Of a DNA stretch of 64,000 nucleotides, positions 12,453 to 25,928 are shown in pieces. The position numbers and the translations under genes were made by a program. Under the pieces are notes generated by a model. That model ran no database searches. It was given only the letters and a program-made list of their open reading frames with translations, and was not told where the DNA came from. The stretch's first letter is position 1; each line of letters starts with the position of its first letter. The DNA comes from Azolla caroliniana (Eukaryota; Plantae; Polypodiophyta), in assembly GCA_043228905.1 (NCBI GenBank), contig JBHGNT010000002.1, positions 14,694,001-14,758,000 on the forward strand, read 5' to 3'.

Positions 12453-13340
12453 GATCTCGCCGAGATTAGTAAGGTAAAATCAATCCTATCCGGCAGATTC
12501 GAAATGAAAGATATGCACGAGCTCCATTAATTCCTTGGTATCGAAGTAATTCGGACACCAGTCAGGATATTGATCACTCAACGACACTACATTCTCAACT
12601 TACTCTACAAGTTCGGAATGACTAAGTGTAAACCAGTGTCTACTCCTCTCGATCGTAATCTCAAGATCGATGTTGATTCAGGAACAGTAGAGTGCGAGTC
12701 GACTAGGTATCGACAGTTGATCGACATCCTAATCTATCTAACCATCACACGACCCGACCTCAGCTATTTGGTCCACCTACTTAGCCAATTCATGCAGAAC
12801 CCACGAAATGATCATCTTGATTGTGCTAAGAGGATACTTCGATATGTCAGTATGATGATGGATTACGACATTATGTATAAGTCTCATACGCTTAGTCGGC
12901 TCGAAGGGTACACATACGTGGACTGGGCTGGCTATAAGGCCGATAGATGATCAACGTCAGGTTTCGTCTTCTCCCTCGGCAGCGGAACGATCTCCTGGAG
13001 TAGCAAGAAGAAACCGACAATCGCATTGTCGAGTACAGAGGCTGAATACAGGGGCGTGATAGTCGCCGCGTGCGAAGTTGTCTGGCTCAAACACATCATG
13101 AAGGATTTGGGCGTTCCCATCACGGATCTAATTCACCTCTACTACGACAACATGAGCAACATCTATCTCACTCAGAACCTGGTGTTCCACGCACGGACTA
13201 AACACATCGAAGTGCACTATCAGTTCATTTGCGAGTGAGTTCAGGCTGGCAAAATCGATTTACAATATATCAGTACCGCCAGGTTGCTGATATCTTCACA
13301 AAAGCCCTGGGTATCGACAAGCTGCAGTAGTTTGCGACGA
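12453..13340 (+). pseudogene. Copia RT C-terminus and RNase H
   Basis: [32 protein letters not shown]; in-frame stops. Confidence 0.9.
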
Positions 13341-14635
13341 ACCTTAGTCTCTGAGTCACCGACCAACCACGCTTAAGGTGGAGTACAATAGCAACAGAAT
13401 AGCAGTCAATGCCGAACAGTAATCGATCCGTCGATCGAAGCCGACTAGAAAGTCGACGTATGAAATTGAACAATTGAAATCGTAACAATCGAAAACCGAA
13501 ATATGAACCAAAACAACTTTTCAGCATCCAAAGTTGTGTTCAAAGGGGCGTGTTGAGAATCGAACTCAACTTTGCATAGAGACAGTGTTCACACTAGGTA
13601 GTGGACAACTACTAGGCTAGTTTTGTAATTAGTGGCAAGGGCACTTACCCTAGATTAGTTGGTATTTAGACCAACCTTTTGTAACTTAGTTACTGTTGGA
13701 TGTAATATACACTTTTCTTGTTTAGAGCTCTCTCTTTCCCTCTCTCTCTCTCTCTCTCTCTTGTCTAACTGCACGCACACATACACAGAGTTTGCTTTCG
13801 TTGCACCATCCCCGACTCTCATTCGCTACATGAAGACATCAAAAGATCAGTCAGTAATAGTCCACTTTCCCATCAACATATATAGCGTACCGAGTATGTA
13901 CCTTGGTGTTAGAATCTTAATTAATGTTAAGCAAAATTTAAGAGGAAAATAAGGAAGAAAGGGCACCAATCCACCCGACCACCCCCCAATAAAGGTGAGA
14001 GATGGATCCAAGTCCCTCATCTATGTCCAATACCACCATGTATGGACATAGATCGTACCTTGGGTTTGAAGAAGAAGTAGGCACACGTGTATGAAGCTAG
14101 AGCTTTGCCACATTATCAAAGTCTCTATCTCAAAACAATAAATAAAACTGATACCCCTCCATGAAGGTAGCTAGCCTTCTTATATAGGCTCAAACCGTGT
14201 TTCCTAGTTGGTTGCTTTTTTTTATAAAAAGTATCTAGGTGAAGAAACACTTTAAAGTTATTTCCCATAGTAGCATTGGGATAACTCAATCCTCACCATG
14301 ACCATTACAAATTAGCCCACAATTATAGTTATAGTTATGCTCGTAACATACTCCCCCTTTCTAAAAGTTTGCACTCTTGCAATGAAAAGTCTGATAACTG
14401 TGTTTTAAGAGAATCTTTAGTAGAACCATCCATACAATTTTAAACTCTTGAATATACCTAGAACGTAGAAGTTTAGTTTTCGAATCAATAATTCTTTTTG
14501 TCTTATGAGGTTTGGATAACAAATCCTCGAAAGTATCAAGAGGTTTAATGGAAACTCAATCATAATCAGAACCCAAGAATTCTTTGAAACGACTAACATG
14601 AAAAAAAGGATGGACTTTTATGTGTTAGTTGGAAG

Positions 14636-17600
14636 TGTCAGTATATATATCTATATATGTGTATATATGTATGTGGACACGTTTGAGGACCTGTTCGCTT
14701 ATGCTCAGAAAACAACACACATAGAAAATACAGTGAATGAAGACTTAGACAATAGATTGAGCTTTAATGGAAAGCTTCTTATTACTTCGTTCTCACTCAG
14801 GGATACAATACTCTTCTCATCATCACTCATTACAATGCTAAGTATTCTCTTATATACTAATCCCTAACTTATTAACAAGTTCACACTTGGACGGATACAA
14901 TTTGGAAGGAGTCAGACTTTTATGCCAACAAACTCCCCCGTAAAAGGACTACTCTTTCTTGCATGCACAAGTGTTTGGGGTTATCTCCCCCGTAATCCTA
15001 GATTACAAAAGTGATCTAAGTTTATATGTTACTAGTCGGTCAACATGCAGCTGAGTCGGCAGATATATAGGATGTGTCGTTATTGTTCTGATTAGATCTT
15101 ACCTTCTATTCCTCGTTCGTCTTTCTTCTGGTCGGTCGCTTGTCATAGCCCCATTTTCGTCCTTAGTGCTCTGAAGCGTAGATCTAGGAGTGGCTTCGTC
15201 AGGAAATTGGCGATGTTCACCTCGGTGTCGATCTTCCGGACTTTGAGTTTCTTTTCGTTTATGAGCTCCCGGAGATGATGATACCACACCTCAATGTGCT
15301 TCATCTTCGCATGATAGATGGGATTGTTGATGAGGTGTATTGCGCTCTGTGAGTCGCAATAGATGGTCGGCATTGGTCGGTTGTTTCGGCTTGCAGTTCT
15401 GAAGTCAGCAGTTAATCGGTGTAGCCAGATCGCTTCCTTTGCTGCTTCCGATGCTGCTATGTACTCGGCTTCTTTGGTAGACAGAGCCGTGCACTCTTGA
15501 AGTTTCGACCTCCATGATATCGCCCCGCCACCACAGGTGAAGACGTAGCCTGATGTCAATTTCCGATTATCTGCATTTCTGGCATAGTCGGCATCGGTGT
15601 AGCCTTCGACTTCGGCTCAGGTTGTCAGTCCGAAAGTCAGATGTGCATCCAGGGTTCCTTTTAGATACCTAAGGATGTGCTTGACGGCCTCCCAATGCTT
15701 CTTTCCTGGGTTTGACATGTACCGGCTGACGACGCCTATGACATGGGCTAGGTTGGGTCGGGTCGCCACCATTGCGTACATGATACTTCCTACTGCCGAT
15801 GCGTAGGGTATTTTTCCATTAAGATCTCTCTCCTTGTCTTTCGAAGGAGAGTCTCTGTCCAATAGTCCAATCGACGTCAGAAGCGGTGTCAGTGCTGGCT
15901 TCGCATTCTCCATGTTGAAGCGCTTCAGCACCTTGCAGATGTATTCGGACTGGGAGAGTCGGAAAGTTTTGGTCGTCCGATTTCGCTCTATCCTCATGCC
16001 CAATGTGTCGGGCTTGTCCAAGTTCCTTCGTTGTGAACTTCGCGTGAAGGCTCCACTTTAGCTTACCGATCTCTACTTGATTGCTTCCTGGAATCAACAT
16101 TTCCTTGACGTATAGGATCAGATAGATCCTTCCTGGCTAGTTGCCGAACATACATGCATGGGTTGGAGTCTGATCTGTTGTATCCAAGCTGTTGTATGTA
16201 GGCGTCAAACTTCTGGTACCACACTCTCGGCGCATGTTTTAGGCCATATAGACTTTTCTTTAGTCGACATACGAGGTGACTGTCCTCCCCCATCGCTGTG
16301 AAGCCTGTCGGTTGAGACATGTATATGTCTTCTTCCAGATCTCCGTGTAGGAATGCCGTCTTTACGTCCATCTGTTCGATCTCTAGATCTTCGGTCGCCA
16401 CGACTCCTAGTAGGAGTCGGAGGGTGGTCATCTTGCCTACTGGTGAGAATATCTCATCGTAGTCGACCCCGTATTCCTGTTTGAATCCTTTCGTGACAAG
16501 CCGAGCTTTGTACTTGGGTTTCTCTGAGTTGGATACATACTTGTATCGGAAAACCCATTTGCAAGGTAGCGGCTTCCTTCCAGCTGGTAGTTTGACCAGT
16601 TCCGATGTCTGGTTTTGATGAATTGAGTCCATTTCGGATTTCATGGTTGTAGCCATGTTTCGGTATCCGGTGCGGCCATAGCTTCTTCATACGTGCTTGG
16701 TTCGCCTGCATCCGTGTAGTTGACATAGTCAAGGCCCGGTTGATAGAACTCTAGTTGTCTTCGAGCTCGTCCAAATCTCCTATGTGCCGAAATGTTTGGT
16801 TCAGATCCTTTGATCAGCTCTGTTGGTCGATCGGTATTAGTCGAACCATCTATATTAGGAGTCTCGTTAGGTGTCCCACCCCTAGATTGGGATTTTGACG
16901 GTGTCTAGTTGTCCTCCCCTGTGGTTGTCGTCGACTCTTTTCTAACGTGTCTCTTGGTGACGATAGGACTTGTTGCCGATTCGGTGTCGGCAGGGAAGTT
17001 GGCAACTTGTTGGAGTTCGACTGTTTGTCGAGTCTCTGATTTGGCCCAATGGGTCGGTCCTTCTACGACAATGTTGTCATCTTTGAAGGATACCTTCTTA
17101 CCAACTGTTTTCTCTTGGTTCCGCTTAGAGAAGATAGAGTCTTCATTGAAGACTACATCCCTGCTTTGGATCAATTTCCGGTTTTGAAGGTCCCATAGCC
17201 GGTAGCCGAAGTCCCATCGGTTCCATAACCAAGAAATATGCACTTCGTTTCATGGGGTGCCAACTTTGTCCTTTTGTCCCTGGGGATGAACACATAGGTT
17301 TCGCATCCGAATATATGGAGCCTATCGTGGGTCAACTGTTTGCTCTTAGAGCCTGATTGCTCTTGATGGTGCTAGATTTATCAGGTACACTACCATCTAC
17401 AATGCCCCGGCCCAAAATTCCAGCTTCAGTCCGGCTTGTTGGAGCATTGCCATCACCCTCTCTTGGATCGTCCCGTTGATCCGTTCTACCACTCCATTTT
17501 GCATGGATGTGTAGGGAATAATCTTTTGGTGTGGGATCCCTTTTCCAGACAAGTACTGTTTGAAGGCTTTGGAGGTGTACTCACCTCCATTGTTGGATCG

Positions 17601-19714
17601 GAGTGTCCTCACTCTATATCCCGACCGGTTCTCCACTTCAAATATCCATCGAGTGAAGACCTCAAGCGCTTCATCTTTGGACTTGATGGAGTATGCCCAA
17701 ACTTTTCGTGTATAGTCATCTACGAATGTGATGACGTACCAGGAGGCACCTAGTGATCGCTCTGGTATGGGCCCACATATGTCTGTGTGCACGAGATCTA
17801 GGGATTGTCGTACCGTCTCGTAGTGGAGAGAGTGCGGACTTCGGGTCTATTTCCCATATTGACAATGCTCGCAGAAGTCCGTCTTTGCCTAGAGTTTCGG
17901 AATGTAGTCGACCGACATCAGCTGATCAAGTCCAGCTTGAGACATGTGGCCAAGTTGGCCATGCCATAAGTTCGGGTCGGTTTTCTCGGCTATGTTCACG
18001 GTCCCTTCAGGGTTGATCGCCATTAATGGGTATAGATTATTATACCTGTGCCCACTACCGATTTTTAGGTTTCCTCGATTGATTACCCATGTCGACTCGT
18101 GTAGAGTCGTTTGATACCTGTCTTTGGCTAACATGCCGATGGAGAGCAGACTCCTCTTTAGATCGGGTACGTGCCGAACTCGGTGCAGGGTTATTGTGTT
18201 GCCATTTGGCAATCTGATGGAAACCTCTCCAGTTCCGGCTATCTTGCATTCTGGCCTGTTTCCTAGTCGAACTGTGCCACTGGTGTCAGTTGAATAGTTC
18301 GAGAACCATTCAATGTTGGGGTTCACGTGAAATGTGGTGCCAGAGTCTAGTAGCCATGTGTGTGCAACTTGTGCACTATAGAGGACTTCTGTGATCATTG
18401 AGTCCTCTAAGGAGAGGATTTCTCTGAATCGGGTGTCGACGACGTTGATCTGATTGCCGACTGGAGAGTGGTTCGAGTCGAAACGTCCCCGATTCCGCTC
18501 AGTTCGCCGACCACTCTCTTTTCTTTTTATTGACCAGCAGTCGAAAACATTGTGACCAACTTTCCTGTAGTGTGTGTAGTACTCACTTGTTCGGCCCGTT
18601 TTCAACTTCGACCGTTGTCGGTCCCCCCTTGTTTTCGATCGGTCCCCCCTTTGTCGGTCGAACGACTCAGTCAAGTGATGGGCGACTCAGTCAAGTGATG
18701 GGCGACTCAGTCAAGTGATGGGCTTCTGCTGACTCATCGATGGTTAGTCCCATCAATTTTCTCCTAATGTCCTCTGTGAGGACTTGGACGATTGTTTCAT
18801 CCAAGTTTAGGATCGGTCGGCTATTGGCATATGTCGTGTAGAATACCTCCCAACTCGCCGGCAAGCTTGATAGAAGGGCAATGGCTTTCACTTCTTCTTC
18901 GAAGTTAATCCCTTGTGATGAGAGCTCTGACAACACCCGGCTGAAGGTGCTCATGTGAGAGGTCACTGGATCAGTCTCTTTCATCTTCATATTGAGCAGT
19001 TGTTTGATCAAAATTATATTTCGAAGATGAGGACTTCTTCTCATAGACGGCATGTAGTTTCTCCTACAATAAGAACGTTGTCGTCTCTTTCGCCATGCTG
19101 AAGTAGACGTTTTCGGCTAGGTGCATTCAGATGGTGGATCGTGCTATTTCGTCTACTGATCTCCACTCCTATGTTGTCATCGAAGTAGGCTTTTCGTTGT
19201 GCCGAATGGCTTCAACCTGTCTTCAGATGATCAACACATCCTACATCATCTCCTTCCATTGGGCAAATTTTTTGCCGTCGAACTTTCTTATTTCAACTCC
19301 TATTCTAGATGTTGAAGCCATATTCCTTTTATGAAAGTAAGATTTCTAACCTGGCCTTTTCTTCTCAGCTTTTTCTATTGTCTGTTGCCGCCGAACAACA
19401 AAGATTCGCTTTGATTCCAGTTGTCGGTATATATCTATATATGTGTATATATGTATGCGGAAACGTTTGAGGACCTGTTTGCTTATGCTCAGAAAACAAC
19501 ACACACAGAAAATAAATTGAATGAAAACTTAGACAGTAGATCGAGCTTTAATGGAAAGCTTCTTATTGCGTTGTTCTCACTCAGGGATACAATACTCTTC
19601 TCGTTATCACTCATTACAATGTTAGGTATTTGTTTATATACTAAGCCCTAACTTATTAACGCGTTCACACTCGGACGGATACAATTTGGAAGGATTCGGC
19701 CTTTTATGCCAGCA
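14636..19714 (-). mobile_element. Full-length degenerate copia element; 3' LTR 14636-14930, 5' LTR 19422-19714
   Basis: Direct repeats of ~295 bp; PPT AACTCCCCCG at 14931; decayed PBS GCTTTGATTCCA at 19408-19419; gag, protease (WLLDSG), integrase (HTDICGP), RT (QMDVKTAFLHG) and RNase H fragments in copia order; TSD decayed (GGAAG/AGATG). Confidence 0.92.
18664..18723. repeat. Perfect 3 x 20 bp tandem repeat (GACTCAGTCAAGTGATGGGC) frameshifting gag
   Basis: Seen directly. Confidence 0.95.
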
Positions 19715-20344
19715 AGATGGTCGCGGCCATAGGTAGATGAACCAATATGCTTGAGGATTGTGAAAGGTCCACAAAAGCGTGGGGCTAATTTAGCACACTT
19801 ACCCATAGAAAATGTCGTAGAGTCATCAAGCACACATAAAAACACTTTCTATCCAAGGAGAAATATTTTGGGTTGTCGATGTTGGTCAACATAAAATCCC
19901 AATGAATGTTGACATCGATAAGGGCATGTGGCTGAAAACCATACTTCAACATAAAAGAACGATATTCAGTCAATGTACTTTTGGAGCTATTATATGCAAA
20001 CTCCAAATTTGGAAAATATTGTTCTCATTTAGAAGGCTTCTTAACTATGTATGCTCAAAGCATATCCTTAATGATATGATTACCTCGTTTTGTTTGTCAT
20101 GACATTAAAAAAGAATTTTCTTTTTTACCTCAGACAAATTAGGGGCGATGGTTTTTTAGAAAATAAATTTTTTATATTGAATTTTTATATATATAAAACA
20201 AATTAAATTAATTTTCCCTGCTCCCAACTCCCCAGGATGGTTGGACAACCACAATGACATGTTGTCGTAGGTTGATAGTTCACAATGACCTGCAATTATG
20301 AGCACTCAATTTGACCTATTGTTGGCTATATCTTGTAAGTGACC

Positions 20345-21138
20345 TGTTGTAGTAGGTCACGACCCATATATATATATTAATATCCGCTTACATTGTCTTC
20401 GTTCTTGATCTTTTTGAGCTAGCCGTTTATGAATCTTGATGTGTTGTAAGTTCTGCTAAAGACCGAATCGTAGTTCCAGATTTAGTCCTTGCCACATCAT
20501 ATATGACACCTCCCCCTTTTGATAAAAGGGTGAATAGGGTTATTACATTTTACTATGAGGACCCTTTTATGATTATTATCGGATTGTGCAATGCAGATGG
20601 TGTTGTGATCATCAGGTGACCATGGCTTGATCCTAGTGTAAGGGGGCGATAATAGTAGGTATGCACTTGATTCAGCTGATATGGGAATTGTTTAAGATGA
20701 GTTGGTTGTGTGACGCAAAGATATTTTTGTGTGCCAATGTGCGTCGTGACCGTGTATGGCCCAAGCAAGCGGTGCATGAGGGATTCCCAGAGCCAGGGCA
20801 TGCGAACACATGCTTAAATTCCAAATTATGGTTGAGCACTTGAAGGGCCTCGTTGCGAAACTATGATCCCTGATCGGATAAGACTTGTCGAGGGCATCCA
20901 TGTGGGAAGATTACTTTGTGTAGCAATGCTTGTGCCATTGAGCTGGTTGTGGCGCCCGATAATGTGACTACTTCGCACCAACAAGTGAGATACTCTGTCA
21001 TGACCAGAATATACTTATTGCCAGGTAGTGAATAATTGGAAAGGGACCCATTGGATCCTAGCCAAGTAATTCAAAGGTTTCCTTGACCGCGATAGGTTGT
21101 AGGTTGTCGGATGCTTGTTGTGGTGGTTTCATAATTGG
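20345..21138 (-). mobile_element. Old gypsy integrase relic with PPT and probable short 3' LTR ending at 20508
   Basis: Minus-strand translation GNKYILVMTEYLT..VIFPHGCPRQVLSDQG; ..ATGACA followed by CCTCCCCCTTTT; LTR left boundary uncertain. Confidence 0.6.
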
Positions 21139-21222
21139 TGTTGAGAATCAAACTCAATTTCCCAGTGTGTGAACACACTTAGGTATATCCAAGTGTGTGA
21201 CCAACCCACTACAATGTAACAA
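21139..21222 (+). mobile_element. Start of an LTR of the 13551-13878 family, cut by the copia insertion at 21223
   Basis: TGTTGAGAATCAAACTCAA versus TGTTGAGAATCGAACTCAA. Confidence 0.7.
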
Positions 21223-21931
21223 TGTAAAAACGAAGGTGCGGAAGCTTTAGACAACCCGTTTAGTCACATAGCAACAAAGAGAGAGAGATCGACACACAGA
21301 AGGTACGTAGAAGAGATAGAGAAAGAGCACAACAACATAAATCTATTATCAAAAACTCTGTAAAATTCTCTATACCTACAACGTGCTCAACAACACCATT
21401 TATCCAAGTCCTAAGAGGACTGACAGAGGTACAATGTACTTCAATGCTCACACGAGCGTTTGGCACTAACTACGAGACATCAATTACCTAGTAGTCTAGG
21501 CTGCTACTAGACTTCTGGTTACTGCTTGATCCGGCTCCCCAGCTCACCGGCTCACCGATCCAGCTCAGGCTTATTCAGCCGATCCCGATCTGGGTTGAGC
21601 TTGCCGCTCAACACTCCCCCTCAAGCTCAACTTGAGATCGGATCGTAGTGCCAGTCTCCATGGCAGCCGGTCCTTCCACCTGGCGCCTTCTGGCGTCACT
21701 CCGCCTCGCTCGTGGTCCTCGTCTGGTCTGGTCCCGTTTGCCGCGACCCTTGTGGTTCTACGCACCTTGACCTCCTCGGTTGGCTTGTCTGCTCAACAGG
21801 TCCAATTCAGCTCCCTCGCTGTTGTGACTTCGGCTCTTGTCGATTCGTTGATTCCTTCGTGTTGGTGTCAACTTTCACTGCCTTCTCGTGCTCTTGGCAT
21901 TAAATTGATCCGGTTCTTCTGAATCCGTCTG

Positions 21932-23407
21932 TTAAACCGAATCGGTTGTTTCCGATTCGTTCCAGCTCTTGTCCGAATCGGTCGCTCCCAATTTGTCTTC
22001 CGGTTCCAGGCCCTTCACCACATCGGACCATGTCCGGGTCTTGGCCTTCTTCTTTCGGTCAGCTCTGTCCTTCTTGACTCTACTGCCGTTGCCGCTTGTT
22101 CCAACTGGTTCAGATGTATCAACTTCCTGTGTCAACTGTGCTCCTTTCTTCTTCTTGTCTCTCCCTTTGTCGGTTCTTCCCTCATCGGCCGAATTGACAG
22201 TTTCTTTGCCTTTGCCCATTCCGGTGTCTTTGCCCGTTCTCCCCCTCAAGTATGGCACGTCGAGATGTTGAACACCAAGCATTTTGGTGAAGTGCCGCAA
22301 CTGGTCCGATCCGAGCGGTTTAGTGATGATGTTGGCAACTTGTCGATCTGTATGAACATACCAAACTTCGACTTCACCGCTCAGGACATGCTCACGCACA
22401 AAGTGATAGTGCACTTCTATGTGCTTTGTGCGAGCATGGAATATGGGGTTCTTGGTGAGCTGCATGTTGCTTATGTTGTCGCAGTAGATCAGGATCCAGG
22501 TCGGCACCTCGATTCGCAGGTCGTGCCGCAGTCGCCAAAGCCAAATGGCTTCACAGGTGGCAACGGTAGCGCCCCGGTATTCAGCCTCAGTGCTTGAAAG
22601 GGCTACTGTTGCCTGCTTTCTGCTGCTCCATGCAATAGCCGCGCTACCAAGGGAAAACATATAGCCAGAGGTGGATCGGGGATCCGATGCATCGCCGGCC
22701 CAGTCGACATCCGTGTAGCCGAGTAGCTCTTTGGTTATACTATGCCGGTATAACAATCCCCGTTCCTTCGTGCCACTCACATATCGCAAAATTTGATGCG
22801 CGCATAGAAGGTGCTCCATGGTCAACTTCTGCATATATTGGTTGATCACGCCGACCGGATAACTGATGTCAAGTTGGGTGATTGTCAGATATATAAGGCT
22901 TACGATGATTTGTCGGAACTGTTTCTCATCGCAGGCTGGACCAGAGTTGGGTCGGAGCTTGTAGTTCCGGTCCAGGGGTGTGGAGATCGGTCGGCATTCT
23001 GTCATGCCGAACTTGTACATCATATTGAACACATTGTGTCTTTGTGAGAGCAATATGCCGTTGGGGGTTCCGATCACCTCAATCCCAAGGAAATAGTAAA
23101 GGTCCCCCAGGTCCTTCATCTCAAATACTTCCCATAGTTGGGACTTGACTCTGCTGATTTCATCGAGTCCGGGTCTGGTGATGACTAGATCATCAACATA
23201 CAGCAAGATGCAAACCAAACCGTCTAGACCTTGCCGAATGAACAACAAAGAGTCGGACTTGGAGGCCGCAAACCCCATCTTACGTAACTGGTGCATGCTC
23301 TTCGCATTCAAAGCTTGAGGGGCTCTCTTCAAGCCATAAAGTGACTTCTTCAGCCGGCATACCGCCGGATTGTTCATCTCCGACTGGAAACCGGGGGGTT
23401 GGGTCAT
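21932..23407 (-). pseudogene. Copia RT-RNase H with a basic C-terminal extension
   Basis: [37 protein letters not shown], then a Lys-rich tail. Confidence 0.92.
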
Positions 23408-23686
23408 AAAGACCTCTTCTTGAAGATCACCTTAAAGAAATGCATTCTTCACGTCCATTTGGTGAAGATGTCACCCCCTTGTCGCAACAACCACCAGCAG
23501 CACACGAACCGTCGTCATCTTCGCTACCTGTCATGAACACATGACCATTATGGCGTCACCCGGACTTGAACCTCGAACCTTGTAATCCATACTTGAAAAC
23601 CTCAACCATTAAGATAGCTTATTGTTATATGAAACAATAAAAACTACTTCTTATATTACATTGATTATTGTAAAACCTCTAGATTA

Positions 23687-23773
23687 TTCTAGAATGTCCT
23701 AGAGCATTCTAGGTCTAGAACATTCTAGAACATTCTAGAAATCTCTAAGCTATTCTATAGGAACCTATAAATA
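23687..23773 (+). promoter_or_regulatory. LTR promoter: heat-shock element array plus TATA box
   Basis: GAAcaTTCtaGAAcaTTCtaGAA at 23718-23740 and TATAAATA at 23766; repeated in the 3' LTR at about 43314-43410. Confidence 0.72.
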
Positions 23774-23962
23774 AGGGCATACATGTATTCTCAAATCAAT
23801 TCGAATCAACACCAGTCTTTAGCTCTCATTACATATCTTGTATCCATTCTCTTTCTTTCTCTATCTTATACATCCATTCTTCTCTTAGTATTTCGTTCCT
23901 TTCTTCTCGTGTTCTCTAATATGCTTCTTCCATCACTCTATCATTTATCCTTGGTTCTGACA

Positions 23963-23976
23963 GTTTGATTCAAATT
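23963..23976 (+). other. Self-priming (non-tRNA) primer-binding site
   Basis: TTGATTCAAATT is complementary (11/12) to AATTCGAATCAA at 23798-23809, about 32 nt after the TATA box. Confidence 0.72.
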
Positions 23977-24030
23977 CTCTCTCTCTCTCTCTCTCTCTCT
24001 CTTATCCTCCTTTGTAACCATCCTGAAACC

Positions 24031-25737
24031 ATGGCTGCCATGAACTCAGAAGAATATCTCACCCTTGTTGCAGAAATGGAGAACCTTAAATCCAAGTTCG
24101 CATCTCTTGAAGTAGAGAATCAACGTCTACTTGGGGATCTACAAAAGGTTACTATAGAGAAGCAACAACAACAAGAGGAGTTCACGCGACAAGTGCAACA
24201 ATTAGCATCGACAATCGTAGTGTTACAACAACAAAGGGTTGAATGTTAGGGACTTATCAAGGAGCCCAAAATTAGCCTCCCAGCTAAATTTGATGGGTCG
24301 AGGGCGCATTTCCGAGGTTTCTTGAATCAAGTACGGTTGTTGATTCAAATGCATCCCGCGCGTTATCTAACAGAGAGTCGGGCTAGTAGGCACCTTATTG
24401 ACTGGCATAACGTTGTCGTGGTTTGCTCCATTGCTAGAGACCAATTCTCCTCTATTGAATAATTTCGAGGAATTTATCAAGGAATTTGAGGCTTGTTTCG
24501 GAGATACTGATGGGGCGAGAACAACTATCACCAAGATTCGTACACTTTGTCAAGGTGATCAACCAGCTTCGACATATGCTGCCAATTTCCGTCTCATCAC
24601 AAGCGATATTCCTTGGGATAAACAAGCCCTAATGGAGCAATTCCGTTCAGGCCTTCGTAGTGATGTCAAAGACTTACTTCTTACCTTCCCCGAGGATCCA
24701 AGGTCACTTACAGAAGCTATTAGTCGAGCATCGATGTGAGCGACAACAACAAATAACAAGATCAAGATCCACACCAACTTATGCATCAGTAACGACGCAA
24801 TCATCCCCAAGGCAAACACGTAGTCCAGTCCCAATGGATAGTCCTGCACCCATGGAGATCGATATGACTCAACGACGAGGACCGTTGTCAGACGAAGAGA
24901 AGCAACATCGTCGAGCAAACCACCTATGCTTATATTGCGGAGGTCCAGGACATATAGCCATTCATTGCTCCCGTAGGCCGAGACGTCAGGTAAATCAAAC
25001 TCACTATGACAATAAAAATGAGTCCAACATTTTAGAAGTAGTTAGTGAATCTAATATTATGAATAATCCACCCTTGTCCAATAAATTTGAAGTCCTAAGC
25101 CAATTAGAAGAGGAGTCAAACGAATAAGTCCGGCCAAAATAGGAGCCATTTGGTTGGACAACCCTAGATATGTACAACCTAGTGTGGGTTCCATTTCCTC
25201 CAAGCATGTCAGTAGAGTCTTCTCAGCCCTAGTACAAGTTAGGACACCCAGTTGTCAACTTCAAGTCCAAGCCCTCTTAGATACTGGAGCCAATTCTTGT
25301 TTCATGGATAGAGATTTTGCCCAAAAACACCAAATATCCTTGCATACACTTCCTTGTCCAGTTTCCGTAGTAGTGATTGATGGACGCCCCATAGCTTCCG
25401 GGAAGGTATTTGAAGAGTCTGAGCCAATACACATACTCTTGGGTGATTTAGGATGTGTAATTTCCTTTAACATAATCCGTACTCCTGAGCATCCAATTGT
25501 CCTCGGTTTGCCATGGTTCGAGCTACATAACCCTAGAATCGATTGGAGGAAGCGAGAAATTAGGTGCCCTTTAGTGGAAAATATCATTGTCAAGGATCGA
25601 ACTCGGGATTATCCTCCTAAAGTATATAGTTCTACCGATGCACCATATCCTTCTCATCAAATTACAGCCATCACATTGCAACAATTGTGCCAAGTGGGAG
25701 GCAAGGAGGAGCTTTTCTTATTTGCAGTATCAGTGAC
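24031..25737 (+). pseudogene. Chromovirus gag and aspartic protease
   Basis: PAPMEID, CLYCGGPGHIAIHC knuckle, ALLDTGANSCFMD, IVLGLPW; stops and frameshifts. Confidence 0.9.
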
Positions 25738-25928
25738 TGTTATTGCTAGGGCCGGACAGCAGCCTAACACAGGGTGTCCACTTAAGACACGTCACCAAAG
25801 GGTGGTATGGCAGAATGACTTACGGCACAACGCTTAATTAGACCTTAATCGATTACTTAGCCATCCGTAATTAACACGCGTAAGATATAACAATAAATAC
25901 AGAACGGTAATTAACACTTGAAGATGTA

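Larger units (their letters stand above)
3159..13878 (+). mobile_element. Fragmented host copia element (protease 3159-3245 and 8956-9255, integrase, RT/RNase H, 3' LTR 13551-13878), split by several insertions
   Basis: SHEDWF..YVET protease reading resumes as NIPFG..LKNVLHVP after the 3246-8943 insert; RT resumes at about 12453 (DLAEISKVKS..FEMKD); PPT AAAGGGGCG then TGTTGAG...TCAACA. Confidence 0.85.
13907..20100 (-). mobile_element. Old gypsy relic (integrase C-terminus, PPT, 3' LTR 13907-14347) interrupted by the copia at 14636-19714
   Basis: KLAPRFCGPF..GSSTY at 19715-19800 continues as LP..KVHPFFHVSRFKE left of 14636; TGTTA...TAACA LTR followed by TACTCCCCCTTT. Confidence 0.72.

Noticed and set aside
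20100-20345. AT-rich segment as a MITE or Helitron end
   Set aside because: No convincing TIR, TSD or terminal hairpin-CTRR found.
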